Positions 30,851 through 42,695 are shown, counted from the first letter of the stretch. The stretch: DNA of 64,000 bases from Eledone cirrhosa (GCA_964016885.1 OZ024742.1:113894001-113958000); one strand, 5' to 3'. The notes: generated by a model from the letters alone, not told the origin. Program-made: numbers and translations.

Positions 30851-31899
30851 CATTTTTCTCCGCACATTCGTCTGTTTTAATTTTATTTTTTCTTTCCTTC
30901 TCTATGACGTTAGTTGAAGGAAGGGGGGGGACTAAAGCGGGCGAGCTTACAACTCTTACCGCTGTCCCCCACTACTATTTACGTTAGCTTCATTTAACAT
31001 TTCTGTCAGACGATTGAAATTTTATGCCACAAAATTTTATAAAAACAGGTTTTTCACCCCTGGGAGGGGCGAAAATGAGCTGACCCACAGCCTGACAGTT
31101 CAGACGGGGGGTCAAGCTACACAATAGTATCAAAATTAAAATTAAACTTACAAAATTTCCGCAATAAATTGGAACAAAACTTCTGCGCGAAGTGAATTAC
31201 GTCTACGCTATCGAACAGACGACAGCTAGATTAATATATACATATATAGATAGATAGATAGATAGATGGATAGGTAGATACATGCATGCATACACTCGTA
31301 CGTAACTACATATTGGAGTACTGTATATTGTCTAACAATTATAGGATTACAGAAAAATAATATAACTTACATTGTCTTTCAGAATAATGTCTGATATATG
31401 AGTGAATACCATTCCTAATTACCAATTGTGTTGCGCAAGCATATTCTTTCGTGTTTTCCTTTATAAATATCGTAATATACTACTAAATACACTTAATCAA
31501 ATATAGAATGAAATATATAAAACATTAAGAAATATTGCAACAAGGCTAAGATAGAATAATCGGAACAATCCCTACACAGCGACGAGGATCAACCATGGAA
31601 ACGGATAATTTTCCCTTTTAAAGCTTTGAAAGGTTGGTTCAATTCATCAGATATTCCGAAAACGTCTCTTCTTAATCGAACATTCTGTAAATATAAAGAT
31701 GAAAATAATGTGTAGAAAGAAAACACTAAATAGTTGAATTAATGCTGCATTGCCTAAAATTAACAATTTCAGAAGTTGATTTAAATCTTTCATCCTGATT
31801 TATCTGATCGATACTCTTGTATTTCTACTCCTTATATTGAAGAATATAAACCGACACACACAGCACGCATACACACTCAGACAAATCACCCGACCACAC

Positions 31900-31974
31900 A
31901 CATGCACACACAAATATGTATATATACATATATATATATAAAGATATACGTATGCACATATTCATATATATATT

Positions 31975-32030
<56 letters not shown>

Positions 32031-32054
32031 TGCATATATATATACATATACATA

Positions 32055-32129
<75 letters not shown>

Positions 32130-32144
32130 TAAACACACACACAT

Positions 32145-32221
<77 letters not shown>

Positions 32222-32579
32222 TATGTGCATGTATATGCGAGTCAATGCTTGTGTATTCATTTTAAATTTACTTAATCTAGTTACAACCAACTGTTACAAT
32301 ATGGGTGTAATATAACCTGTATTATATTTCAAAAATACTATAAGAATATTTGAGATAGTTTATCCATGTCCATTACACACCGTTCCAACATTAATGTTCT
32401 CAGCTAGAGATTATAATATCCAATATTGGCACATAACAATGAGGCAAATGTCTATAAGTTTTTATGTGATTATGTGAGTGTCTGCATATTTAGTGGACAT
32501 TTAGTGTATATATGTATATATATATATATATATAAAGATAGAGAGAGTGTGTGAGAGAGAGATAGAGGGAGAGAGAGGG

Positions 32580-32647
<68 letters not shown>

Positions 32648-32650
32648 GGA
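31900..32650. repeat. (TA)n/(CA)n and (GA)n microsatellite block
   Basis: Seen directly. (GA)n at about 32537-32645. Confidence 0.95.
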
Positions 32651-34908
32651 GATAGAGCGATAGAGGAAGATAGAGTGAAATATATAGGGAGGCTGAGAGA
32701 AATAGGTATAAACATTCATAGACATAGACACACATATTCACACGCTCACGCAAACAGACACAGACCCTCCCACTTACACACATATATACACAGACATATG
32801 TACAATGGAATTCACACATCGGATACGTAGAGATATTTGACTCTTAATATTTTAAGAAAGCTAAAACACAAACTCTGTGAGACCTACCCTTATATATTTT
32901 CATCCCAAAGATCATTAAATTTGCCAGCGCCTCAACTCGCTCGACCCTTGCAAGTACAGGTTTCCTAATCAACGTGAATCACAATAACATTCATTTCACC
33001 CAAACCCATCCCTCTGTATCTTCTTCACATTCTATCATTCACAGGAAATGTTCCATTATTTCCCTGACCAATATTGATGTATTGATACATTTTAAGCTGG
33101 AATATTGGCACAAAGATTGCAGTGAGCGCGCTTCCATCTAGAGATATTCTGAATTGTTCTCCTGAGTGGGTATTTTAAACTGATGCTTTTGACGTTAAGG
33201 TATTGGCTTTCAGCCACCAGGAGAATTATGTCTCTACGCGCTGTTAAGTCACTGGTTGTGGAATCAATGAACTATTTCAAACTTACCGATCATATAAATT
33301 ATATGAGCATTTTCATTATCATCTTTATCGTTGTGTTGATGGTGATTCTGCTTCTTGCAACAATTGGTGTTGTACCTTATGAATATGATGATCTAAAGTA
33401 TATTGATGGTCAGGCAATGAGAGTGATGCTGCTGGTAATGATGAGAAATAAAATGAGAATAATGCTGAAGATGATAGTGATGACACTCTGGACTGTGATA
33501 GAGATGATCATGTTGTGGCAATAATGATAGTTGAATGATTTACAAAGTATATACTGTAGCTACAATTCTCAGAAAATATAAACAATAATATATAAAAGAA
33601 AGAAACACACATAACAATAAATATAAGATGTAAGTAGCAAGTTAAGAAGGACCGTTCACAGATAAAATCACTCTAGAAATAGAAAGTGAACTAACCTGTG
33701 TTCAAAATGTACTGTATTAAAGCAATACAAAGCAATATTAATTAGCTGCCTGAAAATGAGACATACTTGTTGTAGATGAGACATTTTTCTTCATATGAGC
33801 CATTTTTCTATGTTTATTTTGAGCTCCACTACAGCAAAACCAACATCACCACATCAATCATCACCACAAAGAAAGAAAAATGAGGATATTCCTAAACGTA
33901 ATAATATAGACTTCTAAAATTACAGTTTCTGCGTTAGGCAACAAGATAGAGATTATGCTGACGTTGGTGATACTCATGACAATAATATTAAAAGAAACAT
34001 GTTCCCGGTCATTGAGATTGATACAAGGACAAGACAATGAAAATGGATATCATTTCAGAGATAGTGGTTCAGTAAAGCAAAAGAAAAAAATAAATTTAAA
34101 ACAAAAACGTGTTAATGATAAATATAGAACACTATAAAAGATAACAAGTCGATCAAATTGCACAATGGTGGGGCTCCACTTTTGGGTAAGTCCAGGACGA
34201 AGCCCACACAAAGGGACGATATTATATGTCGCTTCAAATGTATTGAAATGGCTATCTTGCATTCTGTTCTCTCAAACTATTCAGTCTATTCAATATGGTC
34301 GCTCTCACTCATCTTCCCTGAAGTACACTATAAGTCAACTTTCCTCTCTGTGCCAGCATTACTTTTATAATAGCATTCGGAGAATCTGATAACATTACGG
34401 CCGAAGTGAAAGGTTTCGATCACCAAATGCTTTAGACTTGTTATTTACATAACTTCCCACAATTCCAGGCAAAAGATAATTTGTAGCGTGTCTATTGTAA
34501 ACACGTAGCCGACGATATAATATTCACTCAGACTCATCTGATAAACGGATCGGTCAAAAAAGGGTTCTCAACACAAGCCCATTAGTGTGCAGGCACATGG
34601 TAAATGCATGCATGGCGGTTTTTTCGCCATAGTACATCAAGGACATGTCACGCAGATGTATATTCCTTGTCTCGTGACTACTCTTGAAATTATAATGCTT
34701 GAGCAATGCAAGACATAATCAGGACCGAGAAGGGTCTCCAGGAGATAATATACAGACTGGTCTCACCAATGGCCAAAACAGGCCATCATCGTATACACAG
34801 CGCATACTTTTGCTGGGCATTTATCGTTTTGTTCATCTTGTAAAGAGATGTACACAAGTGGACGTACTCTAGAAGCTAGATGAACTTGACCAAGAGAAAT
34901 AATAAAAA

Positions 34909-34955
<47 letters not shown>

Positions 34956-34976
34956 TTGGAGACAATCGGTGGAGAC

Positions 34977-35180
34977 AATCGGCCCCTTCACGCTTTTTGG
35001 AACGCTTCAAAAGGCATGCTTGCTTGGAACGGCAAGAACCCTCCGATACGTCCTGAATATCTGAGGCTGCAGGTAGTGGCTTGATATTCAATCCAACGGA
35101 CTTTCCAGTTAACCAACATCAATGACTGAGATTCAAGGAATAACAATAATAATAATAATAATAATATTAATAATAATATT
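34977..35180 (+). mobile_element. Severely 5'-truncated Dong/R4-like family B copy
   Basis: Matches 50882-51043 (LQKACLLGTARTLRYVLNI* + 3'UTR). (TAA)n on both sides. Confidence 0.92.
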
Positions 35181-35183
35181 AAT

Positions 35184-35327
35184 AGTTACGTCCCTTTATG
35201 ATCTGAGTTCAGATCATAGTTCGCCGAGGTTGACTTTGCCTTTCATCCTTACGGGGTCGATAACATAAAGTACCAGTAATGCACTGGGTGATTGCTGGCC
35301 TTGTGCCTAAAGTAGAAACAATTATTT
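35184..35327 (+). mobile_element. 5'-truncated tRNA-derived SINE
   Basis: Core and tail of the same SINE family, followed by tandem (att)n-tactagt repeats to about 35391. Confidence 0.85.
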
Positions 35328-35533
35328 ACTAGTGTTACTTACTAGTATTATTATTTACTAGTATTATTATTTACTAGTATTATTTACTAGTGAACCCCTG
35401 TATTAGGTGGGTCACTTCTTCTAAACTTTTATCAAATTTAAAACTTGAATAAAAGGTTTAGAACGGTTGAAAAAGAGGTAAAACGTTGACAAAGACTGGA
35501 GGCGATAAGAAGCGTGGCTTCACCAACAACAAC

Positions 35534-35583
<50 letters not shown>

Positions 35584-35844
35584 TTTCTTTATTAACCACA
35601 AGGGTTTACATAAAGTAGACATTAAGGACAGTGCAGGACAATGCAGGACGGTACAAATGGGCATTTCTGCGTGTAAAAAAAACAAAAACAGAGGATGTAA
35701 CAAAAATAACAATGAAAATAACAATGAAAAATTCCCCAATAGGGGGGAGACTTCGGAGGGACATTTGTGGAGAAAGCCCAGTAAAAAGCCACAATGACCC
35801 TGACCACCAAGGCAAGTGCCCTCTCCCAGTTTTCCACCTTTAGT

Positions 35845-38800
35845 TTACAGATATATACTCAGAGTCGGCCCATTCACTCGGGCCATTCTTGCTTCTCTCA
35901 CCCATCTTTCAACAAAATGCTGGGAAGAGAGCACTTCCTTCTCTACTCTGATTTTCCTTTTCAAATGAAATTTGAAAAAGTCAATCAGAGCATCACCGAA
36001 GAGGTAAGTGCTCGTCTTCAGCCCTTTCAAACGTGTCCACCATACTATCTCTTTCGCCATGGCCACCAGACAGATAAAAACTGCCTGCCCATCCCGGCTA
36101 AAGGAGGAGGGCGGGGCAATCCTCACGATGGACTCAGATGATAGCTGGATCCGTCCTAAACGCGACAGCAGGTGTTCGACATAAACCCACAAGTCAGCAA
36201 TTTTCGGACACTGGACGAGTGCGTGCAGGACGGTTTCGTCGCCCTGCGCGCATCTCGGACATGCCCGGCTGACGACACCTCCATGCCTGTAGAGTTTATC
36301 CCGAACTGGCAAGGCTCCTCGGTAGCACTGCCAGGCCAGAGATTTCTGGAAGTTGTCCATAGGCCCCGGCCCGAAAGTTCTTCCGAAGAGATTGGCTAGT
36401 TGATTTTCGTCGACGCCTAGAGTTTCCCCAAGTACGTCGTCGCTCTTCCCCTCCACTAATCCTCTATAGAACGCCGAGGTGGAGTTTCCACCGATCACAT
36501 TGCCCGATTGGTCGAGGGCTGTGAGCGCCTGAAAACATTCCAGTCTCCAGGCGCTCCCTCTCGGTCTTCGCTTGACCCAGGACTGCAGCTCCGTCAAGGA
36601 AACGAGCTGGGGAAAAACGCGTCTAGCAAACGGCGACCACACCTGATCACCGTCGAGGAAGAGGTGGAGATGTCGTAGCCTGAGCGCGTGCCTGCGCATC
36701 ATCAGCCACGGCATGCCCAGCCCTCCACGTAGCGGGTGTTGACAACAGATGGACCGCCTGACCATCGGAGCACGTCCCTTCCACAAAAAGCGAAAGAGCA
36801 AACGCTCCAGCGCAGTCAGGCGAGGCTTAGGACAAGGTACGACGGTTAGGCGGTAGCAGATGACAGACGCGATGTACGCGTTAGCCACCTCCGCTCGACC
36901 TTTCAGGGATAGCTTCCTCTCCGCCCATTTCTGGGTGAGAGAAGCCACCCTGCTCGTCACCTCGTCCCAGTTTTTGTCCGTCTGGAGGTCCGGACCGAAC
37001 CAGACCCCTAGCAATTTAACCGGTCCGTCCGTCCAGCGCCCGACGACGCTGTTGGACGGCATGGACCTGCCTCTCCAGGTGCCGAGCTGCAGGCCCACCG
37101 ACTTTTCCTGGTTGATCATTGCTCCTGTCACCGCTTCGTATTCTCTTAGTGTAGTGCCGATCGCCTCGATGTGTTTGGCGTTCGACACCACTACGGTGAC
37201 ATCGTCCGCATATGCTGACACGGATCTTCCGCATCCTAGTTCGCGCGGGACTCCCCTCAACGTCTCCAGTTTGTGCAGTAATGGCTCGAGAGTCAATACG
37301 TACAAGAGGGACGAGAGGGGACATCCTTGGCGGACCGAGCGCATGATGTTGAACGGTTCCGACAGGTGACCGTTCACTCTCACCACAGAGCAGATGTCGC
37401 TGTGCATGGCAGCGATCCAGCCTCTGAAGACGGGCCCAAAGCCAGCCGCCCTCAGGACTGCCGCTAGGTAACGATGGTCGACCCTATCGAAAGCTTTCGA
37501 CTGATCTAAATTGATCAAGGACCCACCCGTGCCAGGTTCCTTAGCTACCCTCTCTATGATGTATCGCATGAGGTGGAGGTTGTCGTGGATGGATCTGTCG
37601 GGAATGGCGCATGTCTGCGCCTCTCCCACCAGACCACCAACGACAAGCGCCAACCTCTTTGCTAGCACCTTGGCCAAAATCTTGAACTCTGTGTTTAGCA
37701 GAGTTATGGGCCGGAAATTGTCTATGTTATCCCCCTTGTTCGGATCCTTTCTCAGCAGTGCCACCGCTCCTCGGCTCACAGAACTGGGAATTCTCCCGTT
37801 CTGTTGCCAGTTGCAGTAGACGTCCGCCAAGAGGCCTCCGAACAAGTCTGGCATCTGTACGTAAAGTTCATAGGGCAGACCATCCAAACCAGGCGATTTA
37901 CCCCTTGTGCAGCCAGTCATTGCCTCCCTTACTTCAGCGGCTGTTATCGGCTTTTCGCAACACTTCGCCTCAGTGGCCGAGAGCCGCGGCAGTCCGTCGA
38001 GGTAGACAGTAAAGTCCATCCCTCTACCCGGCCCCCCGCTGCCCCCGAACAGCTGAGCGAAGTGTCGCTGAAAAGCTTCACACATTTGCCCGGGATCGAG
38101 TAGCATGCGCCCGTCGTGGTCCACCAAAGACCGGATCGTGGCTTTGTTGCCACGACGCGCCTCCGCCACTCGGGCCCATTGAACGGCTTTCGTCCCCTCG
38201 TGTCTGAGAGCACGCACCCTAGCTCTGACAACGCAGCCTTCGTGCTTTGCATTGAAGAATTGGTCAAGGGCCAATTTCGCCGCAAGCACGTCGGTCGCAA
38301 TGCCTTTGCTAAGCGCCTCGTCTAATTTTCTAACTAGTTCTCCCTCTGCTCTATTTTTCTCTATTGCTAAAGCCTTACTAAACCTAATCGATTCTATTCT
38401 AATCGCTCTTTTCAGAGCAAACCACCACTTGTTGTTGACGATGGCCCCCGTCAACGCCCGCTTAACTAGTTCGCTAATCCGGTCTCTGTAGGCCTTGCGC
38501 GCTGGTAAGAACGCGTTTAGCTTCCAGTAGCCGGGTCCTCGTCTATGAAGCCTATCTAAGTCAAGCACACAGGTCACGAATTTGTGGTCCGTGTAGCTGA
38601 CTATCTTGAATTGTGGACAGCCTATGCTAGACCTATCTATTTCCCTACAAAATACTCTATCTAGATATGATCTGGATGACCCTATGCGGTTTGTCCAAGT
38701 CCACATTGGCACATTCGGGAAATCCAATCGGTACCTGTCAGACAGTTCAAAACGCCTGAGCAGGTTGGTGAGGCTCTTGCACCCTCCACCCCTATCCGCT

Positions 38801-39264
38801 AATCCCACACAGTCCCAGCGTGCATCTAAGATCCCGTTCCAGTCTCCCACTAACACTAAAGAGCGGGACGTTCCAAGAAAGGTCTCCAGACGCCGGAAGA
38901 AATCAGGCCGCCCTGCTCCTGTCGGGGCATAGACGGCCACTAGCCTGAAAGCTTGCCCGTCTCCGCTGGTCACGTCCAGCACCACCAGCTTACCCTCTGG
39001 GTCCAGGAAGATGGCCCGTATGGCGAGATCCAAACCTCTCCGAAAAAGCACAGCAACTCCTCCACCCGATCCAGGACGGCTGGGAGATGCGTACACATCG
39101 TAGCCGCCGAAGATCGGTGCGAAGGCCCGTGCTTCGGAGATTCTGGTCTCGCTGATGGCCACTACATCTATGTTTAGTGACCTGAGGTCGTTGAGCAGGT
39201 GACCCTGCTTCCATGACGACCCCAAGCCACGCGCATTTATGCTGCCTATTCTGAGTGAGGTCAT
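35845..39264 (-). CDS. ORF2: APE endonuclease + reverse transcriptase + zinc finger (1139 aa)
   Basis: GSINARGL, ISET, VYAP, GDWN, YLDR, TDH (APE); WKLN; KSPGLDG, FRPITLLN, LDQSKAFDRV, RQGCPLS, YADD, LLG (RT); CPRC..ETVLHALVQC. Confidence 0.96.
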   Translation of the reverse strand: MTSLRIGSINARGLGSSWKQGHLLNDLRSLNIDVVAISETRISEARAFAPIFGGYDVYASPSRPGSGGGVAVLFRRGLDLAIRAIFLDPEGKLVVLDVTSGDGQAFRLVAVYAPTGAGRPDFFRRLETFLGTSRSLVLVGDWNGILDARWDCVGLADRGGGCKSLTNLLRRFELSDRYRLDFPNVPMWTWTNRIGSSRSYLDRVFCREIDRSSIGCPQFKIVSYTDHKFVTCVLDLDRLHRRGPGYWKLNAFLPARKAYRDRISELVKRALTGAIVNNKWWFALKRAIRIESIRFSKALAIEKNRAEGELVRKLDEALSKGIATDVLAAKLALDQFFNAKHEGCVVRARVRALRHEGTKAVQWARVAEARRGNKATIRSLVDHDGRMLLDPGQMCEAFQRHFAQLFGGSGGPGRGMDFTVYLDGLPRLSATEAKCCEKPITAAEVREAMTGCTRGKSPGLDGLPYELYVQMPDLFGGLLADVYCNWQQNGRIPSSVSRGAVALLRKDPNKGDNIDNFRPITLLNTEFKILAKVLAKRLALVVGGLVGEAQTCAIPDRSIHDNLHLMRYIIERVAKEPGTGGSLINLDQSKAFDRVDHRYLAAVLRAAGFGPVFRGWIAAMHSDICSVVRVNGHLSEPFNIMRSVRQGCPLSSLLYVLTLEPLLHKLETLRGVPRELGCGRSVSAYADDVTVVVSNAKHIEAIGTTLREYEAVTGAMINQEKSVGLQLGTWRGRSMPSNSVVGRWTDGPVKLLGVWFGPDLQTDKNWDEVTSRVASLTQKWAERKLSLKGRAEVANAYIASVICYRLTVVPCPKPRLTALERLLFRFLWKGRAPMVRRSICCQHPLRGGLGMPWLMMRRHALRLRHLHLFLDGDQVWSPFARRVFPQLVSLTELQSWVKRRPRGSAWRLECFQALTALDQSGNVIGGNSTSAFYRGLVEGKSDDVLGETLGVDENQLANLFGRTFGPGPMDNFQKSLAWQCYRGALPVRDKLYRHGGVVSRACPRCAQGDETVLHALVQCPKIADLWVYVEHLLSRLGRIQLSSESIVRIAPPSSFSRDGQAVFICLVAMAKEIVWWTRLKGLKTSTYLFGDALIDFFKFHLKRKIRVEKEVLSSQHFVERWVREARMARVNGPTLSIYL

Positions 39265-39299
39265 GTTTAAAATAGAGTGGAAAAGATGGGAAAGACCAC

Positions 39300-41426
39300 T
39301 TACCGTACTTTTGGTAGAGGAGGGATGGTTTTTACATCCCTTTTCACTTGATCGTCTGGTGAAGGGACCGTTGAATCGTCCCTTCGGCTGGTCGTCGGCT
39401 CTTCTAAGAGTATGTCTGAGTATACTCTTCGATTGATGGTTCCTCCTAGGTCCCTGAAATCACCAACTGCGTTGGGGAATTTCGTTTTAATGTTTGTGTA
39501 TTGTTTCTGTGCTATTTTTAGCAGTCTTATGTTAGTTGGCGTTTTGATTGGTGCTGGTATTATGTAGTCCTGTTGTGAAATGTCTGTGTGTTCAATTATG
39601 TAAGTCATTAGTTTCTTGTTGTGTGTATTTATTGCCGTGCATTTGTTTTTCTGGGGGTGGGGTGTGGTCCTGCTATTTTCTTGTCGTTGTTGCTGGGTGT
39701 GTGTGGTTTGTTGTTGTGTTTGCGATGTTGGTGCTTGTGGTGGTGGTGTTGAAGGTGTTGTTGGCGGTGGGGTTGTCGCCGGTGGTGATGGTGGTGCTAG
39801 TGTGGGTGGTGATGGTGTTGGTGTTGTTGCTGCTGTGGGTCTCTTTGCAGTAGACTTTACCCTTTTCTCATTTCTTTCCTCCCTTTTCAAAGGCGACGAT
39901 GCGCTGCTTCTGCGTTTGTGCCTTCTTGCGACCTTTTGCCATCCCTCTCCCACCTCACACTCCATGTCTGATTCTGTGAGGTCGGGGAGGGGTACCAGCT
40001 CCACTCTTTCACTTGTTGTTGTTGGTGATGTTTGCACTGGAGTCTCTGTTGCAGCTGCATTTGGTATTGCTGTTGTTGTTGTTAATATTTCCACTGCTGC
40101 TGCTGTTTTTGATTTCCGTGGCGTGGGTATGGGTGCCACGGACCTATCGTTCCTGGTTGCCGCTTGTCCTGTTGCTGGTAGCCGTGGAGCCGGATTCGGA
40201 AGGAGGGGGGTTTTCTCCTTTCTCAGGGTCTTCTCGTTGCAGAAGGCCCTGAGGTGAGTCTTCGATCCACAGCGAAAGCATTTCGGGCGTTTGCCCTCAA
40301 CACTTATGGGCAGTTGAGTGCCGTTATCGAAGTCTATCACATCCGGGATAGCTTCGATGCACTCCTGGTTGGTTTGGATTAGCATCTCAATGGAGGAGCC
40401 GACCCAATCTTCTCTTACTTTTTTCTGTACTTGCAGTACAGTTGTTTTGTCCTCGATTCCGACGAGGACAGACGCGGCCAGCCAAGAAGGGGTCATTCCG
40501 GGGGGGACGTGGGTCAGTTTGACCCTCACAATTTTTTGCCCGCAGTAGGAGGGCACCAACACCATTTCCTCGCTCCTTAGGGTCACTACTGATTGGGCCT
40601 TTGCCTCCTGGGGTGTGGCAAAAAGTACGTCTACGGTGGCGTATTGTTTGCCTCGGGTGATGTGCGTTTTCCTCTGCCACACAGACCCCAAGGCTTTTTG
40701 TATTTGGGCCTCTGTGGCTCTTTCCACCCTACGGGATTTTGTACTTACTGTACGGTACGTGACCGTACAGCGCTCTTGGGTTTCGAAAAAATCTTTCGCT
40801 GCCTTGCAGATTGCTCGGTGTCCGTTCTTTGTCACCATCTTCTTCGCTTCCTCTAATTCCTCATTTGTTATGAGGATTGTTTCCAAGTTTTTCGCAATAC
40901 CTGCAAATGAGATTGGTTTTTCTCTGCTGTTGTTGTTGTCGTCAGAGCTGCTGGTACTTTTGTTGCTGCAGGTACTACGACTACTGCCTCCGCCGCTGTT
41001 GCTGTGGTTGTTGTTGGTGTTGCTGCTGCTAATGCTGTTGTTGTTTATGCTGCTGGTGATGCTGTTGCGGCTGCTACTGTTGTTTTCATTGTCACTGTTG
41101 CTGTTGTTATTACGGCTGCTACTGCTATTATTCCTGACGTCAGACGAATGAACTGGGTTTTCGTATTTCCCGCACACCTGTTTCGTCGCTGTCGTCGTCG
41201 TCGTGGAGAAACCTTGCACGCTTTGCACGAGACTTTTCTTTTCTTTCGTCGCTTGCGAAAGAGAAGGGAGGGAGAGAGACACATTTAAAGAAAGGAGGGA
41301 GAGAGACAATCTTCTCTCTGCTGTAGTGATGATTGAGGAAGAAGAAGACGGAATGAGTGGGAGTGACGTATGAAATTTCTTTTTGGTAGCCATGTTTTTT
41401 TGTTTAAAATGAAATTTTGAGTACAA
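39300..41426 (-). CDS. ORF1: gag-like nucleic acid-binding protein with CCHC knuckle (up to 708 aa)
   Basis: CFRCGSKTHLRAFC, low-complexity S/N and P/T tracts, basic WQKVARRHKRR. True start may be the downstream MATKKK. Confidence 0.88.
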   Translation of the reverse strand: MYSKFHFKQKNMATKKKFHTSLPLIPSSSSSIITTAERRLSLSLLSLNVSLSLPSLSQATKEKKSLVQSVQGFSTTTTTATKQVCGKYENPVHSSDVRNNSSSSRNNNSNSDNENNSSSRNSITSSINNNSISSSNTNNNHSNSGGGSSRSTCSNKSTSSSDDNNNSREKPISFAGIAKNLETILITNEELEEAKKMVTKNGHRAICKAAKDFFETQERCTVTYRTVSTKSRRVERATEAQIQKALGSVWQRKTHITRGKQYATVDVLFATPQEAKAQSVVTLRSEEMVLVPSYCGQKIVRVKLTHVPPGMTPSWLAASVLVGIEDKTTVLQVQKKVREDWVGSSIEMLIQTNQECIEAIPDVIDFDNGTQLPISVEGKRPKCFRCGSKTHLRAFCNEKTLRKEKTPLLPNPAPRLPATGQAATRNDRSVAPIPTPRKSKTAAAVEILTTTTAIPNAAATETPVQTSPTTTSERVELVPLPDLTESDMECEVGEGWQKVARRHKRRSSASSPLKREERNEKRVKSTAKRPTAATTPTPSPPTLAPPSPPATTPPPTTPSTPPPQAPTSQTQQQTTHTQQQRQENSRTTPHPQKNKCTAINTHNKKLMTYIIEHTDISQQDYIIPAPIKTPTNIRLLKIAQKQYTNIKTKFPNAVGDFRDLGGTINRRVYSDILLEEPTTSRRDDSTVPSPDDQVKRDVKTIPPLPKVR

Positions 41427-41606
41427 AACCCCAATAACTGGTTATTTAACCCCGAAGGGCCAAATAACGGACAGAAAGACCCCTCTCACGAGGAGGAGGA
41501 TGTCTTTATCAACAATTTGGTTCAAGTTTTAAACAATTTACAATTGTTTTAACGGTTAAAAATTACTATACCTTACAGAGCCGAGCCTCCGTCAACCATG
41601 GCATTC

Positions 41607-41641
<35 letters not shown>

Positions 41642-42398
41642 GTTTTTTGATTTTTAACATATTTAAATCAATTGTGAAAGAACAATTCTTAGCACAAATG
41701 TTGCATAAAGGCACCGAATGAGGTCCCATAAAGTTTCGGATCCATATTATATTGTTGTATCGCTCAAATATTCAATTTTGTATTATATATTTTGTATTCA
41801 AAAAAAGAAAATGGTTATAAATGGAACAAAACACCCTCTGTCTACACTATATAGAACAGCGGCAATTTCAATTTCACCAACACCAGAAACTTGATACACT
41901 ACCTATCCCATCACACTAAATATAACGGCAACTTCACCGGCATCATAATAATAATTACTATTATTATTGTCTCAAATTTTAAAAAATGTTTAATTCAAAT
42001 TTTACGGGAATATGTCAACACAAAATATAATGAAAATATATATTAAACATACGAACACAAACTCATAGATACTATATCAGTAACCACAACACCACCGCTG
42101 CCACCACCCCACCACATCCATCATCGCCGCCACCACTCATTCAATGCTACTGACACTATTCCCCTGTTAACTTGAGAGAGAAAAGGGAAGGTGGTGGTAG
42201 CACTAGACAAGAGAGAGGCTAGCAAAAGATATAAATAGATTGACTTGGTGACCTTGCCACGGACAAACGTCTACATCAACAATTATGGGACTGCTGGCTC
42301 ACCCCTTCCTCACCAACAATATAAAAAGCCCCGGCACCACCACCGACATAGCCAGCAGCAATAACAGCCAACTACAACAAAAAGTATATTATATTATT

Positions 42399-42450
42399 GT
42401 AATGCACTGGGTGATTGCTGGCCTTGTCCCTGGAGTGGAGACAATTATTA
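42399..42450 (+). mobile_element. SINE 3' fragment inserted in the family A leader
   Basis: gtaatgcactgggtgattgctggccttgt...gagacaattatt matches the SINE tail. Absent from the homologous leader near 63870. Confidence 0.75.
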
Positions 42451-42695
42451 ATAATTTCATTCTTAAGCCACGCAATGCTCACATTAAGGAACCACTCATG
42501 ATAATAACAATTTAAAAAAAACAACAAAAAGAAAACCCCGTGACCAAGAAATACCGGGATGGCGGCCGGCGGGGAATAGCCATGTCTCTAGGGGAGAACG
42601 ACCCCTCTAGTCTTGGTTGACACTCGTTCTAGAAGTGGTAACACGAAAAGATTACCCCTTGGCGGATAAGGATAAAACGCGACAAAATAAAGTAG

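Larger units (their letters stand above)
26350..31230 (-). mobile_element. Decayed Tx1/L1-clade LINE (family 2) with internal ORF2 deletion
   Basis: ORF1 pieces with CHICAGRGHLKAAC knuckle. ORF2 start MDVLRVGCLNARGL (APE), RT (FRPITLLN, LDQSKAFDRV, IRQGCPL, YADD), zf CPRC..H..C. 3' AATAAAGAAA then TA/TC repeats. Confidence 0.92.
35582..41606 (-). mobile_element. Full-length Tx1/L1-clade LINE (family 1), both ORFs open, inserted in (TAA)n
   Basis: 5'UTR, ORF1, 35-nt spacer, ORF2, and 3'UTR ending AATAAAGAAATC. (TAA)n at 35533-35581 and 41607-41641. Confidence 0.95.

Noticed and set aside
33000-34900. Scattered splice-like signals (for example GTAAGT near 34186) suggesting host exons
   Set aside because: No coherent reading frame or recognisable protein.
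35392-35525. Faint resemblance to the Tx1 family 1 5' end
   Set aside because: Only short word matches; cannot be supported without alignment.
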